NCBI GenBank assembly: GCA_030599585.1
Contig: JAUVNS010000004.1
Coordinates: 96,001-160,000 of the forward strand
Direction of reading: 5' to 3'
DNA from: Promethearchaeota archaeon
GTDB taxonomy: Archaea; Asgardarchaeota; Lokiarchaeia; Sigyniarchaeales; SOKP01
DNA length: 64,000 bases
The first letter of the stretch is position 1; the number at the start of each line of letters is the position of its first letter. The notes beneath the pieces are model-generated. The model worked only from the letters and a program-made list of their open reading frames with translations. It searched no databases and was not told the DNA's origin. This document shows positions 18,188 to 26,788 of this stretch, piece after piece. The translations under genes were made by a program, and so were the position numbers.

Positions 18188-19864
18188 TTGATAATAATGG
18201 CAGTAGTGTATATGCGTAAACTCGAACAAGAACCAGATAGCTACGATTCTAAATTCACAGCACTTACAAAGGGAGTAAATTTAAGCGTTAGAGAATGGAT
18301 ACTTAATAAAACTGGTAATTCTCAATCAATTCTGGAGGTTGGATGTGGGACTGGAAGCCTCGCCTCTAAAATGGCGTTAAAAGGAAATGATGTTACTGCG
18401 ATAGATATAAATTTTCAAATGATAAATCACGCAATGCAGAATTTTCCTCCAGATTTAAAGGAAGGAACGCTCTTATACCAAACTGGATCATTTTCCAACA
18501 TGCCTGTAGAAGAAAGGTCTCAAGATTTAGTCATTAGTACGTTTATGCTTTCAGAACTTCGACCTTTTGAACAACAAATCTTCCTTAGAAATGTTTGGAA
18601 AGTATTAAAACCAAATGGAAGATTATTAATCGCAGCAGAATTTATTCCAGATGGTTTTTGGAAGCTAATCTTTAAAATAAAAAGATGGAGATATAAAAAG
18701 AAACTTAGGCGTCTTAAATTAAGGAGCACTTTTCTGCTAAAATGGTTCTTTAGATATATCGAACCAATTGGATTCAAAATCAAAGCAAAAGAAGACTGGA
18801 AACACGGAACAATTCAAGCTCTCGAACTGATAAAACATGACGATATAGAAATTAATGAACCAGGATATTATCAACCTAGCCCAAAACGATTCAAAGGGAT
18901 AATATCGCAGCTAAGAATATATCGTTGCATTTACACAGGCCAAATTGATCTCGTTCCAATCGATCCTGGTATTTACAAATCTGGTAATCCTACTGAATCT
19001 TCTCCTATAATAGTGACAGCTAATTATGAATTCACCTACATCAAAGTAATGAGAGATCTTAAAGGTATTGATGCATGGGTATTATGTGTTGATTCTAACG
19101 GAATTAATGTGTGGTGTGCTGCGAGAGGAAATGATTTTGGAAATAATCAACTAATCGAGGCTGTTGAAGCTACTGGTATTGAAAGATTAACTAATAAAAA
19201 AACATTAATTCTCCCACAATTATCTGCAGGAGGAGTAGCCACTCCAGAATTGCAGAAAAAATCTAATGATTTTTCTTTTAGAGTTGTTTATGGACCTGTT
19301 TGGTCTAAAGATTTACCCGAATATCTTGAAAAACGCCCTGCTCGAAAACCCGATAGAATGAAGCTTGCTAAATTCACTCTAAAACATCGATTTCGTGGTT
19401 TTATCACGCACACAACATTTCTATTAAGAAAGATTTTCATGTTACCTCTCATAAGTTTATTCGTTGTGTTTCTTATCCTTAACTCTCTTAATATAACGGC
19501 TAAATTATGGTGGGTTGGTGAATTATTACTCTGGATAGTTACAGCAAATTTCATCATAACTTTTACATATCCGATTGCAAATTTCACTCGTCGGTTTATT
19601 ATTAAGGGAATTTTCTTTGGGACTTTGAATGTTTTTATTTTGGGAATGTTCTCTTATTTATTTCATAATTCGATATTTTTCACACTTATGAACATTAGTT
19701 TTTTCTTTTGGATTTCATTTTTTTCAACAATGTCGTTAAGTGGGTATACAATGGCTACTAGCCCTAGTGAAATACAAGAAGAGTATCCCATTTTTAGTAT
19801 TTTAAATAAAGTTTTATTAACCATAAGTTTGATTTCATTAGTGATTGGAATCGTTTTTCTCTAA
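18188..19864 (+). CDS. Fusion of class I SAM-dependent methyltransferase, HgcA-like corrinoid-binding domain and C-terminal TM domain
   Basis: N-terminal ILEVGCGTG, AIDIN and LKPNGRL. Central PGIY..GNP...SPIIVTANY, GINVWCAARG (cap helix), LILPQL and YGPV..KDLPEYL. Four to five TM helices ending TMATSPS. Confidence 0.88.
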   Translation: MIIMAVVYMRKLEQEPDSYDSKFTALTKGVNLSVREWILNKTGNSQSILEVGCGTGSLASKMALKGNDVTAIDINFQMINHAMQNFPPDLKEGTLLYQTGSFSNMPVEERSQDLVISTFMLSELRPFEQQIFLRNVWKVLKPNGRLLIAAEFIPDGFWKLIFKIKRWRYKKKLRRLKLRSTFLLKWFFRYIEPIGFKIKAKEDWKHGTIQALELIKHDDIEINEPGYYQPSPKRFKGIISQLRIYRCIYTGQIDLVPIDPGIYKSGNPTESSPIIVTANYEFTYIKVMRDLKGIDAWVLCVDSNGINVWCAARGNDFGNNQLIEAVEATGIERLTNKKTLILPQLSAGGVATPELQKKSNDFSFRVVYGPVWSKDLPEYLEKRPARKPDRMKLAKFTLKHRFRGFITHTTFLLRKIFMLPLISLFVVFLILNSLNITAKLWWVGELLLWIVTANFIITFTYPIANFTRRFIIKGIFFGTLNVFILGMFSYLFHNSIFFTLMNISFFFWISFFSTMSLSGYTMATSPSEIQEEYPIFSILNKVLLTISLISLVIGIVFL

Positions 19865-19916
19865 TAAAAAATAATACAAAAATTAAAAAGAAATTGATAT
19901 TTAAGAGGTATGTATA

Positions 19917-20279
19917 ATGACTGAAGCAGAATTTAAAGCAAGTTTAAGTAAATTATCTATAAAGGATTTTAAAATATTTATAAATGAAAGCTTATGCAAC
20001 AAGTGTGGTTTATGTGCAGAAGTGTGTCCTTTTGGGCTTCCACAACAAACAGATTCCGGAAAATACGATATTAAAAATCATGAACTATGTACTGAATGTA
20101 GTGCTTGTAAGAGGAATTGCCCCGTAAATGCGATCATTATGAACGAAAAGAAGGGGTGCGGTTGTTTATGGAACGCTAGAGCAAACGCAAAAAATTCCAA
20201 ATCAGGAAATAAAGACATAAATAATTGTGGTTGTGGTCCAGAAAACGAAAGTGAAACAACTTCAAGTTGTTGCGGTTAA
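19917..20279 (+). CDS. HgcB-like 2[4Fe-4S] ferredoxin with a Cys-rich tail
   Basis: CNKCGLCAEVCP and CTECSACKRNCP, then GCGC, CGC and terminal SSCCG. Directly follows the HgcA-like gene. Confidence 0.85.
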   Translation: MTEAEFKASLSKLSIKDFKIFINESLCNKCGLCAEVCPFGLPQQTDSGKYDIKNHELCTECSACKRNCPVNAIIMNEKKGCGCLWNARANAKNSKSGNKDINNCGCGPENESETTSSCCG

Positions 20280-20331
20280 AATGGTATCAAATTTTACTAT
20301 AATTTTGAACTAAAAAACATTGATTTAAAAG

Positions 20332-20790
20332 GTGGAAAAAATGGAAAAAGAAGAAATAAAAATATCGGTTAACGAAAACCAAAATAGTCAAATAAGTTTA
20401 GAGGAATCATGCTGCGGAACGTCAAATTCTTGTTGTGGTTCATCAGATTCTTGTTGTGAGGGTTCAACTTCAAAGGAATCGCCTAATACTCAAGAAATTA
20501 ATTTGAAAGAGACAGCAAATGTAGATACGAATAAAATATCTGTAGATGTATATGTTCCTCTAAACGCTTGCGAATGCGTTTGGTCTCAATTTATGAACCT
20601 TGTATTTTCGGCACTTAGCCCTTACATGAAACACATAAGGTTTGAAACAAAAGACTTAGACTCTGACGAAGCTCGAAAACTTAATTTAAATGGAAATTGC
20701 GTTGTCGTTGATGGTACAAAGAAATACATTACTTCATTCGCATTAAAGAAAGATTTACCTGTACTTCTAAAGGAAAAAGGGCTATTATAA
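20332..20790 (+). CDS. Cys-Cys-rich putative metallochaperone with thioredoxin-like C-terminal domain
   Basis: SCCGTSNSCCGSSDSCC in a low-complexity N-terminus, followed by VYVPLNACECVW and CVVVDG. Confidence 0.65.
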   Translation: MEKMEKEEIKISVNENQNSQISLEESCCGTSNSCCGSSDSCCEGSTSKESPNTQEINLKETANVDTNKISVDVYVPLNACECVWSQFMNLVFSALSPYMKHIRFETKDLDSDEARKLNLNGNCVVVDGTKKYITSFALKKDLPVLLKEKGLL

Positions 20791-20833
20791 AATTAAGTTG
20801 TTTATTTTTTTCTCTATAAAAAGGTGATTTTAG

Positions 20834-21304
20834 ATTAAAAAAATTAAATTAACAATTTTTGGACCTGAAAAAGAGCTCGCAAACGGAATTGAGTACGAAG
20901 TATCTATCGAGGAAGAAGGATCGATAATTGAAGCATTGGCTGCTATAGATAGACAGCTCCTTAACAACCCCAAGCTTTCACCGTTTCCATTGTATAAAGG
21001 ACTAATTAAGAGCTATCTCCAATTAATCTGGGACCCCCAAAAAAACGCTATTTACGAAGACTGTGCAAGTAATGCCTATGGGCCGAACAAAGAGTTTATG
21101 CCTCTTCTGGATGATGTAAACTTCAACCTTTATCAGAACAGCGATATAACTCTTATAGTCCACGCCGATTGATGAGCTGATAACATGAGAGAACGCTTAG
21201 ATTACGGTTCATTTAAAAGAGTAATCATGAAAAAATATGGAAAAGACCACGAAACTTTTGCTCAATACTTCATAATAAAATTAAAAAATCAAAAGCAGGG
21301 ATGA
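20834..21304 (+). CDS. Candidate selenoprotein with a beta-grasp-like pattern, ATT start and UGA-UGA at 21170-21175
   Basis: AGGTGA RBS at 20822-20827 and ATT at 20834 extend the track ORF by 34 codons (MKKIKLTIFGPEKELANGIEYEV...). Then HAD-TGA-TGA and 42 more sense codons to TGA 21302. A SECIS-like hairpin lies at 21301-21336. The minimal CDS is 20834-21172. Confidence 0.55.
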
Positions 21305-21363
21305 TATCTTTCAATAAACTTTAGTGGAAGATTGACAACAGGATTGCCTCCTATTTGCTTTGA
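21292..21363 (+). promoter_or_regulatory. Eukaryote/Lokiarchaeota-type SECIS-like element
   Basis: AUGAU (21301-05), stem AUCUUUCA (21306-13) paired with UGGAAGAU (21325-32), AAA at 21316-18 (11 nt after AUGA) and 3' core UGAC (21333-36). Possible lower helix AAAGCAGG/UUUGCUUU. A T9 tract follows. Confidence 0.6.
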
Positions 21364-21594
21364 ATTACTATTTTTTTTTAATTACATGAATAGAAAGAAT
21401 AACTCTAAATTTATACATGATTGAATTTTTAAATGATCCTTTAGGTTTCAAATACGCTATTTTCTCAAATCTCACTCAAAACATTTAAAAATTTCTAAGG
21501 AACATTAATCCCCAATTCTCTCAATTCATGAACTCAGTCGATGTGAGAAAAAAATAAAAAAAAAATTTATTTGAAAATTTATTTATTCAGGTTT

Positions 21595-23025
21595 CTAGTC
21601 GTAAAAAATTAAACCCCAATCTGGTCTTTCTATGGGTTGCATATTCACAAGTTTACCGGAAGGTTCGGCAGTAGGCCCACCATATGGATCGCTAGGATAA
21701 ATACCCACTCCGGGAACTAATATCTTTGATCCATTAAACCACTGGAGAGCAAGAGCAGTACCATATGGCCAGCCCTCTACAATGCAGTGACTGGCATCAA
21801 AGGCTGCCCATCCAGAAGATCCTTCAAGTGGATTCGCTGTTGTAATTCCTTCTAGTGCTGTTATAACCGCATCAGTATTGAGCGACTGGGACGCGTTAAA
21901 TGCATAAGCATAAGCATATATAGCGTCGTAACTACCAGTAGAAGTATAGATTGGTGAGACACCAAATTCCGCAACATAAGCATCCCAGAAATCAAGCGTT
22001 AGTGAAGTTTTATTTGTCTGAAATATTGATTCCAAACTAATTCCATATTCAACCAATCCATTAGTATCATCCCAAAAGTCGCCATCTTGCGCTAAAACAT
22101 TAATTCCGATCGGGATACAGCCGGGTTTATAAGTACCATATGAGTTCGCAAAAGTTAATCCTGCTGAACCAGAGATTATTGGGATTACTATTTGTGTATT
22201 GGAAGCATTGACAGTAGCCCAATGAGCTGCCATTTCTACCGGAGTAACATCTTGTGGAAATGCAATATCCACTCCAGTATATGTAAGATTAAAATTTGAG
22301 TTACTTGTCAGATGGTATGCCATAAGCGCTTGAAAGCCAGCAGTCCAGCTTAGATCTTCTCTCATAAACGAAAATCGGGTTACATTATGACCAGTCCCAC
22401 CATATATAAGCGGTTGAGACATTCCCGCTGCTGAACCGATTATTAATGCTATTAACTCCATTGCTAAAGCGGTTGTGTTTATCGGGTTTATTTGGAAGAA
22501 ATATTTATATGTGTCGTAATCTGAGAGAACACTTGCGCTGAAAGCTGAGGGTGCAGCACCAGTATTTATAAAGATGATCTCACTTTCCATGAATAAGCCT
22601 CGATATGCGCCTAATGCTTCGGTTCTAAATCCTCCCGTAGCGAAATGAACTTGTTTATAATTAATCAAACGTTCTACGGCAGCAACTGCTTTTGCCGGAT
22701 CGAGAATAGGATTAGCTTCGTCTGTATTTTCGTACGTAATCCCAATATAGTATGTTTTTCCTCCTATTACTATACCACCTGCTGAGTTTATCTCATATGC
22801 GGCTAACCTTGCCCCATTAAGTTGTCCTTCACCTTGTATACGCTCTGTATCACCCGAAACTCCTATTCTTATGATCTGATCTTCAGTTATATTCGTTGGA
22901 GCACCAGGAGCATCTGCAGCAGTCCATTGATATGGAGCCACAAATATCCATACAGTAACTCCAACACCAATTCCAATTACTGCGATTAGAACAATTGCTA
23001 ATATTCTTTTAGTTAAAGATTCCAT
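21595..23025 (-). CDS. Liv-type (HAAT) ABC transporter substrate-binding protein, membrane-anchored
   Basis: N-terminal TM; GARLAAYEINSAGG, GGFRTE and YDAIY periplasmic-binding-protein motifs. Confidence 0.9.
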   Translation of the reverse strand: MESLTKRILAIVLIAVIGIGVGVTVWIFVAPYQWTAADAPGAPTNITEDQIIRIGVSGDTERIQGEGQLNGARLAAYEINSAGGIVIGGKTYYIGITYENTDEANPILDPAKAVAAVERLINYKQVHFATGGFRTEALGAYRGLFMESEIIFINTGAAPSAFSASVLSDYDTYKYFFQINPINTTALAMELIALIIGSAAGMSQPLIYGGTGHNVTRFSFMREDLSWTAGFQALMAYHLTSNSNFNLTYTGVDIAFPQDVTPVEMAAHWATVNASNTQIVIPIISGSAGLTFANSYGTYKPGCIPIGINVLAQDGDFWDDTNGLVEYGISLESIFQTNKTSLTLDFWDAYVAEFGVSPIYTSTGSYDAIYAYAYAFNASQSLNTDAVITALEGITTANPLEGSSGWAAFDASHCIVEGWPYGTALALQWFNGSKILVPGVGIYPSDPYGGPTAEPSGKLVNMQPIERPDWGLIFYD

Positions 23026-23340
23026 TTTTTAATCACTTTTTTGGATAAATTTTTGTTTATATTACTGATTCAGATAAACTTTTATTTAAAGATTTAGGAT
23101 TTTTAATACAATTTAAGATTAATATGTAGAAGCCTAAACAATTTTAATGTATTCTTTAATTGAGAAATATTAAATTCTTAATTTGATGTTAGATACTCAA
23201 ACAAAAAGCTTTTTATATTATAGAAGCGAATTATTTTTATCATAATTTAGAACTTTTCTATAATTATTAGATTTGGTAAAATTTTTTAAATTTTTAAATA
23301 TTATTTGTTAAGAATTAATTAGCAAAGGTGGTTTTTTCGT

Positions 23341-24219
23341 TTGGTTGTCGAAGAAATAATAATTTATGGAGCTGTACAAGGTTCGGTATATGCCTTACTC
23401 GCGTTGGGCTACTCTTTAGTTTATGGGGTAGGCGGTATTTTAAATTTAGCTCACGGTGCTTATTACTTAATTGCATCGTATGCTTTTTATTGGACATGGC
23501 TCATAATTGCGCCAATTTTTGGAGGGATAACTGGCTTTTTTATAGGAATGGTTATAGGCTTGATTGTTGCAGCAGTAGCAGGTGTGCTTTCGTATGTTTT
23601 ACTTATTAAACCATTGAAAGAGAATGAGATTAATGTTTTAATTGGTACTTTCGCAATCGGTTTTTTTTGTGAACAGTTAGTAATCGCTTTGTACGATCCA
23701 AAAACTCATTCAATTCCCACAATTTTTAGTGAATATGTAAATATTTTTGGGAAACAAATTCAAGTACATTGGATTATAATTATTTTCGCATCTTTGATAA
23801 TCGTAACTTTAGTTACGATTTTTATAAATAAATCCAAACTTGGGAAATCTATACGAGCTGTGTCTCAAGATCCCGAAGCTGCTACGCTTATGGGTATAAA
23901 CGCTGATAGAATTCTAATGTATACTGTTACAATATCCGCATTACTTGCGGGTTTAGCCGCCGTCCTGTATGTCCCAGTCGATATAGTCGCTCCCTATAAA
24001 GGTTGGCCTATATTAACAGGTGCGATTGCCGTAGTGATTCTCGGAGGGATGGGAAGTCTCACTGGTAGTGTAGTTGGAGCATTTATTATAGGATATGCGA
24101 GAATAGCTACTAATTTTCTTATAGATCCAGTTTATTCTAGTTTAGTTCCAATATTAGTTATCCTTGTTATACTTGTAATTAGACCTCGAGGGTTATTTGG
24201 AAAAAAAGAAATCGATTAA
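23341..24219 (+). CDS. livH: Liv-type ABC permease
   Basis: ALGYSLVYG..GILNLAHG, GKSIRAVSQD..AA.LMGIN, VILGGMGS. Confidence 0.9.
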   Translation: MVVEEIIIYGAVQGSVYALLALGYSLVYGVGGILNLAHGAYYLIASYAFYWTWLIIAPIFGGITGFFIGMVIGLIVAAVAGVLSYVLLIKPLKENEINVLIGTFAIGFFCEQLVIALYDPKTHSIPTIFSEYVNIFGKQIQVHWIIIIFASLIIVTLVTIFINKSKLGKSIRAVSQDPEAATLMGINADRILMYTVTISALLAGLAAVLYVPVDIVAPYKGWPILTGAIAVVILGGMGSLTGSVVGAFIIGYARIATNFLIDPVYSSLVPILVILVILVIRPRGLFGKKEID

Positions 24220-24259
24220 TAAAAATGAATAAAATTACAAAGATAAGATGCATTAAAAA

Positions 24260-25303
24260 ATGTCATTAAATATTCAAAAAATCCGTAAAAAATTCAAAGG
24301 CTTCCCAACTTATTTAAAACATTGGGTTTTTACTTTTAAGGGAGGAACAACATTATTTTGCTTATTGATCCTCTTAATTTTTCCAATCATTACTCAAAAT
24401 CCTTACTTCTTAGGGATATTTGTTCTCGCAATGATATATTCTATTTTTGCAGCTAGCTGGGATTTTCTAGCAGGATTTTCAGGACAAGTTAGTTTTGGAC
24501 ATGCGATTTTCTTTGGGTTATCAGCATACGGAGTAAGTGCCACACTTGTGTTCTATAATTTTACATGGTGGGGCGCTCTTTTAGTTGGAGTATCTATAGC
24601 AGTGATTACGGGGTTTATAGTAGGGATTATATGTTTAAGACTGAAAGGACCGTATTTAGCCTTAGGAACCATGGTAATTGCTATAATGTTGATGGATTTA
24701 TTCAAAATTGGCCAGCTTAAGGATTATTTGTGGGGCGATGAAGGGATAATCAACGTTCCTCCATTATCAAGTAGTAGTACAGTAGTTTATTACACAATTT
24801 TGCTTTTTATGATAATTACCATAATAGTATTAATTCAGATTACCAAATCGAACATAGGCACGATTTTTAAATCAATTCGTGACGATGAAACTGGCGCCGA
24901 GGCTTCAGGGATCAACACTACTAAATATAAGGTTATTGCATTTATGATTAGTAGTGCATTTGCTGGGCTTGCAGGTGGTTTTTATGCTATGTACATTAGA
25001 AGCGTGGGACCTTTGATTTTTCAACCTTTGTACTCATTTTATGTGTTGATTATGGCAGCACTAGGTGGTATAGCTACGATCTCGGGGTCTGCTTTAGGAG
25101 CATTCGTATTTATTTTTCTTAGCGAAGTATTAAGAGACATGAATCAAATTGATCCAACAAATACCCTTTTAACAGCATTTTCGAACCCAGCTTTTATTTT
25201 CTCAGTATTACTTATAATTATTATTCGATTTGTCTCAGGTGGAATATTGAAACCTGCTTTAGAGCGTTTAAAAGAAGTTTGGGATATATTATTAGGAAGA
25301 TAA
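24260..25303 (+). CDS. livM: Liv-type ABC permease
   Basis: GQVSFGHA, LRLKGPYLAL, SIRDDE.GAEASGIN. Confidence 0.9.
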   Translation: MSLNIQKIRKKFKGFPTYLKHWVFTFKGGTTLFCLLILLIFPIITQNPYFLGIFVLAMIYSIFAASWDFLAGFSGQVSFGHAIFFGLSAYGVSATLVFYNFTWWGALLVGVSIAVITGFIVGIICLRLKGPYLALGTMVIAIMLMDLFKIGQLKDYLWGDEGIINVPPLSSSSTVVYYTILLFMIITIIVLIQITKSNIGTIFKSIRDDETGAEASGINTTKYKVIAFMISSAFAGLAGGFYAMYIRSVGPLIFQPLYSFYVLIMAALGGIATISGSALGAFVFIFLSEVLRDMNQIDPTNTLLTAFSNPAFIFSVLLIIIIRFVSGGILKPALERLKEVWDILLGR

Positions 25304-25346
25304 ATAATTCGAAATTTAGATTATTAGTTTAGTGGTGTGTTAGAGA

Positions 25347-26090
25347 ATGGGAGTATTATTAGAAGTTAAAAATTTAACAAAAAAATATAGTGGTTTAACA
25401 GCAGTAAACGATTTTAGCTTTGAAATTCATCGTGGAGAATTCGTCGGTTTGATTGGTCCGAATGGAGCGGGAAAAACAACAATATTCAACTTAATTTCAG
25501 GATTAGTGAAACCTAGTTCGGGAACAATCAGGTTTGACGGACGTGATATCACGGGAATGAAATCATATAAGATAGTGAATCTAGGTATAGCGAGAACTTT
25601 TCAACTTGTTAGATCATTTAAATACATGACGCTTCTTGATAATATATCAGTATCCTGTCTTTCACCTCGCGGTAAAAAACTAGCAAAGCAATACGGAATA
25701 GACGAATCTGCGAGTTCAATTTTAGCAGCTGTTGGTCTTGTTGATAAAGCAAGAATACCCCCAGTTGTCCTACCTCATGGTGATTTGAGAAAATTGCAAA
25801 TTGGGAAAGCTTTAGGTACCAATCCCCAACTTTTACTATTAGACGAACCTTTTAGTGGTCTTTCTCACGAAGAACAGAAAGGTATTACAGAATTGATAAA
25901 AAGATTGCACGATGATGGGGTGACCGTTTTTATGACTGGTCATGTATTGCGTGAACTAATGCACTTAGTGCCTAGAGTAATCGCTATGCATCAAGGTAAA
26001 TATATAACAGAAGGACCTCCACAAGAGGTTGCAAACAATAAAATCGTAATGGAAGCATATTTAGGAAAAGGAAGTGAAGATCTTGCTTGA
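25347..26090 (+). CDS. livG: Liv-type ABC ATPase
   Basis: GPNGAGKTT, GIARTFQ, LPHG, LLLLDEP, EAYLG. Confidence 0.9.
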   Translation: MGVLLEVKNLTKKYSGLTAVNDFSFEIHRGEFVGLIGPNGAGKTTIFNLISGLVKPSSGTIRFDGRDITGMKSYKIVNLGIARTFQLVRSFKYMTLLDNISVSCLSPRGKKLAKQYGIDESASSILAAVGLVDKARIPPVVLPHGDLRKLQIGKALGTNPQLLLLDEPFSGLSHEEQKGITELIKRLHDDGVTVFMTGHVLRELMHLVPRVIAMHQGKYITEGPPQEVANNKIVMEAYLGKGSEDLA

Positions 26091-26787
26091 AATTAGAAAA
26101 GTTTATCATTATTATGAAAAAGCTAGAGCCCTTGAAGAAATAAACTTAACAATTGAGAAAGGAGCTCTTGATGCTGTAATTGGGCCTAACGGAGCAGGGA
26201 AATCAACGCTCCTCAGAGTCATTTCTGGGTTGGAAGAAATAGATAGAGGTAAAATTGTATTTCTAGGGGAGCGAATAGACGAGCTTAAGACTCATAAAAT
26301 TGCAAAGAAAGGAATAGCTCACTGCCCAGAGCGACGACGATTATTTTATGATATGACAGTTATGGAAAATATCCAAATGGGAGCGTATTCGTTAAAAGAT
26401 AAGAAAAAATTTAACGCCCTCTTAGCATTTATTTTTGAACTTTTCCCTCGCCTAGAGGAAAGAAAAAAACAAAGAGCAGGTACATTGAGTGGTGGAGAAC
26501 AGCAAATGTTAGCAATCGCTAGAGCGATTATAGCAAATCCAAAATTACTTCTTTTGGATGAACCTTCTTTAGGGTTAGCTCCTAAAATCAAGGATAAAAT
26601 ATTCGCTGCGATCGATTTAATTAAAAAGCAGGGGACCACGACTTTGTTAGTTGAACAAGATGCTGTGTTAGCTATGAATGTTGCTGAAAATATTCACTTA
26701 CTAGAGGAAGGAAAAATAGAAATGAGGGGAACAAAGGAAGAACTTGAGAAAGAACCTCGAATTAAAAAAGTATATTTAGGAATTTAA
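26074..26787 (+). CDS. livF: Liv-type ABC ATPase
   Basis: GPNGAGKST, PE.RRLF, LSGGEQQMLA, LDEPSLGLAP, LVEQ. Confidence 0.92.
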   Translation: MKILLEIRKVYHYYEKARALEEINLTIEKGALDAVIGPNGAGKSTLLRVISGLEEIDRGKIVFLGERIDELKTHKIAKKGIAHCPERRRLFYDMTVMENIQMGAYSLKDKKKFNALLAFIFELFPRLEERKKQRAGTLSGGEQQMLAIARAIIANPKLLLLDEPSLGLAPKIKDKIFAAIDLIKKQGTTTLLVEQDAVLAMNVAENIHLLEEGKIEMRGTKEELEKEPRIKKVYLGI

Positions 26788-26788
26788 G

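Noticed and set aside
18188-18830. N-terminal MTase as ArsM
   Set aside because: It lacks the set of conserved catalytic cysteines that ArsM needs. The only Cys in the domain is in the SAM-binding motif.
18188-20279. Assigning hgcA/hgcB symbols and asserting mercury methylation
   Set aside because: The cap helix deviates (RGN versus GK) and an extra MTase domain is present. Function cannot be asserted from sequence alone.
21185-21304. Independent 39-aa ORF (MRERLDY...)
   Set aside because: It has no clear RBS and is in frame with the upstream ORF, so it is better explained as read-through or 3' UTR. It is not fully excluded.
21386-21421. Second SECIS-like element (ATGA...AA...TGAT)
   Set aside because: The helix is weak and not contiguous with the putative GA quartet.
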